DNA of 64,000 bases from Deltaproteobacteria bacterium (GTDB taxonomy: Bacteria; Desulfobacterota; Desulfomonilia; UBA1062): assembly GCA_035352355.1 (NCBI GenBank), contig DAOPXM010000009.1:39957-103956 (forward strand), in the 5' to 3' direction. The notes below the pieces were generated by a model. The model worked only from the letters and a program-made list of their open reading frames with translations, was not told where the DNA came from and ran no database searches. Shown here one piece after another: positions 60,516 through 64,000 of this stretch (within the stretch, counting starts at the first letter, position 1; each line of letters begins with the position of its first letter). The position numbers and the translations under genes were made by a program.

Positions 60516-63500
60516 ATGAAGTTCACCGACCTCTTCATACGCCGGCCCGTGCTCTCCACGGTGCTGAGCCTGCTCATCCTGGTGCTGGGCCTGCGCTCCA
60601 TCAACCTCCTGCCCGTGCGGGAATATCCGGAAACCCAGAACGCGGTGGTCACGGTCACCACCGTGTACACCGGTGCCGACGCCGAGCTGGTGTCCGGCTT
60701 CATCACCACCCCGCTGGAGAACTCCATCGCCCAGGCGAACGGCATCGACTACCTCACCTCGTCGAGCACCCAGGGCGTGAGCACCATCACGGCGAACCTG
60801 AGGCTGAACTACGACGCCAACAAGGCGCTCACCGAGATCAACACCAAGGTGAACGCGGTCCTCAACCAGCTCCCCAGGGAGGCCCAGCAGCCCGTGCTCA
60901 GCCTTTCCACCGGCGAGGACATCGGCTCCATGATCATAGGGTTCTACAGCGAGGACCTGCCCACGAACAAGATCACAGACTACCTCATCAGGGTCGTGCA
61001 GCCCAAGCTCCAGGCGGTGGAGGGCGTGCAGACTGCGGAGATCTTCGGCAGGCAGGAGTTCGCGCTCAGGGCCTGGCTCGACCCGGACAGGATGGCCGCC
61101 TACGGCCTGACCGCCAGCCAGGTGAGCGAGGCGCTGGCGGCCAACGACTTTATCTCCGCCCTGGGCCGGACCCAGGGGCAGATGGTGACCGTGAACCTCA
61201 CCGCAGCCACCGGGCTGCACACGGTGGAGGAGTTCCGCAACCTGGTCATCTCATCGGCCGACGGCGCCATCGTGCGCCTGGGGGACGTGGCCAACGTGAC
61301 CCTGGGTGCGGACAGCTACGACACGGCCGTGCACTTCGACGGCAAGAGCGCCGTGTTCATGGGCATCAAGGTGGCGCCCAACGCGAACCTCCTCGAGGTG
61401 GCCGAGCGGGTGAAGAAGGCCTTCCCGGCCGTGCAGGAGGGGCTGCCCCAGGGCCTTACGGGGCGCATTGTCTACGACGCCACGGACTACGTGAACTCGT
61501 CCATCAACGAGGTGGTCACCACCCTCATCGAGGCCCTGCTCATCGTGACCCTCGTGATCTTCTTCTCCCTGGGCTCGGTGCGGTCCGTCGTCATCCCCAC
61601 GGTGGCCATCCCGCTGTCCCTCGTGGGTGCCTTCTTCATCATGCTCGTCCTGGGCTACACCATCAACCTCATGACCCTGCTGGCTCTCGTGCTGGCCATC
61701 GGCCTCGTGGTGGACGACGCCATCATCGTGGTGGAGAACGTGCACCGTCACATGGAGGAGGGGGTGCCCGTCCTGGAGGCTTCCCTGAGGGGCGCCCGGG
61801 AGCTGGGCGGGCCCATCGTGGCCATGACCGTGGTGCTCATCGCGGTGTACGTGCCCATCGGCTTCATGGGAGGCCTCACCGGCACCCTGTTCACCGAGTT
61901 CGCCTACACCCTGGCGGGCGCGGTGCTCGTGTCCGCCATCATCGCGCTGACGCTCTCGCCCATGATGTGCTCGAAGTTCTTCAAGCCTTCAGTACCGGGC
62001 GAGAGGCACCGCCTGGCCGAGTTCATCGACCGCGTGTTCAACCGCATCAGGACGGGCTATGCCGGCCTGCTGAAGGGCTCGCTGGATTCGCTCCCGGTGG
62101 TTGGGGTATTCGCGGTCCTCGTCCTCGCGAGCAACTACTTCCTGTTCACGAGCTCCCGGAGCGAGCTCGCACCCCAGGAGGACCAGGGGTTCTTCATAGT
62201 CATGCTCTCCGCCGCGCCCGACGCGAGCCTGCAGCAGACCCAGCTCTACTCGAACCAGCTCCACGAAATCCTGGCGCCCACCCCCGAGATCGACCACCTG
62301 TTCCAGGTGGAAGGCTTCGGCGGGCTGAACTCGGCCTTTGCCGGCCTGGTGCTCAAACCCTGGGAAGAGCGGGAGCGCTCCGCCAACGACATCCAGCCCG
62401 AGATCCAGGCCAAGATCAGCGGCGTCGCCGGGGCCCAGGGCGTGGTGTTCCCGCCGCCGTCCCTGCCCGGGTCCGGCCATGGCCTGCCGGTGCAGTTCGT
62501 CATCGGCACCACGGACTCGTTCGAGCGCCTCGACCAGGTGTCCCAGGCCGTGAAGGACAAGGCGAACGCAAGCGGCATATTCATGTTCGTGGACACGGAC
62601 CTCAAGATCGACAAGCCCCAGGTGGAAGTCAGGTTCGACCGGGACAAGGCGGCCCAGCTCGGCCTCACCATGGCGCAGGTGGGCAACGCGCTCTCCTCCA
62701 TGCTCGGGGGCGGGTACGTGAACTACTTCAGCCTGTCCGGGCGCTCCTACAAGGTGATCCCCCAGGTGAAGCAGAGCGATCGGCTCACCCCGGAACAGCT
62801 CAAGAATTACTACATCACCACGGGGAGCGGGGAGTCCGTGCCCCTGTCCACCATCGCGCACCTGAAGACCACGGTGGCGCCCGGCTCGCTCAACCACTTC
62901 CAGCAGCTCAACTCTGCCACCGTCTCGGGCGTGCCGGCGGCGGGTGTCACCCAGGGCCAGGCCCTCGATACGCTCGAGAAGATCGCCAGGGAGGTGCTGC
63001 CCCAGGGCTACAGCATCGACTACGGGGGAGAGTCCAGGCAGTACGTCCAGGAGTCGAGCGCGCTCCTGGTCACCTTCGCCTTTGCCCTCGTCATCATCTT
63101 CCTGGCCCTGGCAGCCCTCTTCGAGAGCTTCCGCGACCCGGTCATCGTGCTCGTGTCCGTGCCCATGTCCATCTGCGGGGCGCTCATCTTCATCAGCCTC
63201 GGCGTCGGAGGGGCCAGCCTGAACATCTACACCCAGGTGGGCCTGGTGACCCTCATAGGGCTCATCTCCAAGCACGGCATCCTCATCGTGCAGTTCGCCA
63301 ACGACCTGCAGCGGGAGGGGAGGTCGAAGCGCGAGGCCATCGAGGAGGCCGCCACCATTCGGCTGAGGCCCATCCTCATGACCACCGCGGCCATGGTCCT
63401 GGGCGTGATGCCCCTGGTTTTCGCCTCTGGCGCAGGCGCGGCGGGCCGCTACAACATGGGCCTCGTGATCACCACGGGCATCGCCATCGGCACCCTCTTC

Positions 63501-63593
63501 ACCCTCTTCGTGGTCCCTGCCATGTATCTCTTTTTAGCAGCGGAGCATCGTGCGGAAGGGGTGGCGGGGCATAGTGCGGAAGAGGCGGCATAG
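60516..63593 (+). CDS. RND multidrug efflux permease (AcrB/MexB family)
   Basis: MKFTDLFIRRPVLSTVLSLLILVLG; 12-TM architecture with two large periplasmic loops; conserved VVDDAIIVVENV; 1025 aa. Confidence 0.95.
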   Translation: MKFTDLFIRRPVLSTVLSLLILVLGLRSINLLPVREYPETQNAVVTVTTVYTGADAELVSGFITTPLENSIAQANGIDYLTSSSTQGVSTITANLRLNYDANKALTEINTKVNAVLNQLPREAQQPVLSLSTGEDIGSMIIGFYSEDLPTNKITDYLIRVVQPKLQAVEGVQTAEIFGRQEFALRAWLDPDRMAAYGLTASQVSEALAANDFISALGRTQGQMVTVNLTAATGLHTVEEFRNLVISSADGAIVRLGDVANVTLGADSYDTAVHFDGKSAVFMGIKVAPNANLLEVAERVKKAFPAVQEGLPQGLTGRIVYDATDYVNSSINEVVTTLIEALLIVTLVIFFSLGSVRSVVIPTVAIPLSLVGAFFIMLVLGYTINLMTLLALVLAIGLVVDDAIIVVENVHRHMEEGVPVLEASLRGARELGGPIVAMTVVLIAVYVPIGFMGGLTGTLFTEFAYTLAGAVLVSAIIALTLSPMMCSKFFKPSVPGERHRLAEFIDRVFNRIRTGYAGLLKGSLDSLPVVGVFAVLVLASNYFLFTSSRSELAPQEDQGFFIVMLSAAPDASLQQTQLYSNQLHEILAPTPEIDHLFQVEGFGGLNSAFAGLVLKPWEERERSANDIQPEIQAKISGVAGAQGVVFPPPSLPGSGHGLPVQFVIGTTDSFERLDQVSQAVKDKANASGIFMFVDTDLKIDKPQVEVRFDRDKAAQLGLTMAQVGNALSSMLGGGYVNYFSLSGRSYKVIPQVKQSDRLTPEQLKNYYITTGSGESVPLSTIAHLKTTVAPGSLNHFQQLNSATVSGVPAAGVTQGQALDTLEKIAREVLPQGYSIDYGGESRQYVQESSALLVTFAFALVIIFLALAALFESFRDPVIVLVSVPMSICGALIFISLGVGGASLNIYTQVGLVTLIGLISKHGILIVQFANDLQREGRSKREAIEEAATIRLRPILMTTAAMVLGVMPLVFASGAGAAGRYNMGLVITTGIAIGTLFTLFVVPAMYLFLAAEHRAEGVAGHSAEEAA

Positions 63594-63641
63594 CACGCCA
63601 GGGGAGCGGGGAAAGGAAAACGCGGCCGGATTCGAGGGCCT

Positions 63642-64000
63642 CTACCCCAGGTCCAGCCCCTTCTGGAAGTACTCCGAGGGCTGGATTCCCAGCTCTGAGA
63701 AGTGGAGGGTCCTCTTCACGACCCTCGCCCTCCCGTCGACGAACGCGTCCGGGGAAGCGAGGTCGATCTTTTTGCCCGGCGCGAGGCCGCCGCGGCCGTC
63801 GTCCTCCAGGAGCAGCACGTACGGCTGCGTCAGGTCGGATTCGCTCAGGTAGTCCATGACGATGCCCCTCTCTCCGGTGCTCAGCTCCACGATGGAGCCG
63901 ATGGGGTAGATCCCCATCATGGCGACGAAGAGCTTCATGAGCAGGGGATCGAAACGCTTTCCCCGATCGCTCCACATGTGCCTGAGCGCCTCGTCCGGGG
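63642..64000 (-). CDS. HD-GYP-type phosphohydrolase, C-terminal part (5' end beyond the window)
   Basis: The frame stays open to the window edge. PDEALRHMWSDRGKRFDPLLMKLFVAMMGIYPIGSIVELSTGERGIV is the typical C-terminal region of HD-GYP proteins. Confidence 0.6.
   Translation of the reverse strand, partial: PDEALRHMWSDRGKRFDPLLMKLFVAMMGIYPIGSIVELSTGERGIVMDYLSESDLTQPYVLLLEDDGRGGLAPGKKIDLASPDAFVDGRARVVKRTLHFSELGIQPSEYFQKGLDLG

Overview
High-GC, gene-dense bacterial window with about 55 credible CDSs. I saw no rRNA, tRNA, CRISPR array or IS element. Gene content suggests a strict anaerobe, possibly a syntrophic deltaproteobacterium-like organism; this is inferred from content only. The core, about 17.9-44.5 kb, is a hydrogen/formate redox island. 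(1) A minus-strand operon encodes a 1140-aa [FeFe]-hydrogenase fused to a GltD-like NAD(P)H module, a thioredoxin-like [2Fe-2S] ferredoxin, a PAS-containing sensory hydrogenase (HydS-like) and a SpoIIE/PP2C phosphatase. (2) mobA follows. (3) A plus-strand HndABCD-type [FeFe]-hydrogenase operon has its NuoF-like subunit fused to a GltD/NfnB-like module. (4) A translationally coupled maturase cluster encodes a TM1266-like regulator, hydG, hydE, an aspartate-ammonia-lyase paralogue and hydF. (5) A selenocysteine formate dehydrogenase alpha subunit has an in-frame TGA and a SECIS-like hairpin. (6) An oxalate/formate-family MFS transporter follows. (7) An autonomous five-gene DRTGG / GHKL-ATPase / PHP operon has no function known to me; it is my best candidate for an undescribed system. 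Left flank: MerR regulator, M48 peptidase, OmpR/HK pair, miaB, type IV pilin, a lipoprotein operon, a hydantoinase-HDAC-patatin operon, an SDR, two-subunit class I fumarate hydratase, an H-box-less HATPase and DUF1846. Right flank: IcmF-type fused B12 mutase with CobO adenosyltransferase, an OM beta-barrel, two tandem secreted C45-family paralogues, a LamG-like secreted protein, a CPBP protease, a thiolase, and TetR with a tripartite RND efflux pump. The window ends in a partial HD-GYP gene. Non-coding observations: a roughly 90-nt 3'-flank repeat family (3 clear copies and 1 degenerate), a 29-bp perfect inverted repeat, and several hairpin terminators. Many long ORFs in the track are antisense shadow ORFs typical of high-GC DNA and were rejected. 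All calls rest on motif recognition by eye; no searches or computations were run.
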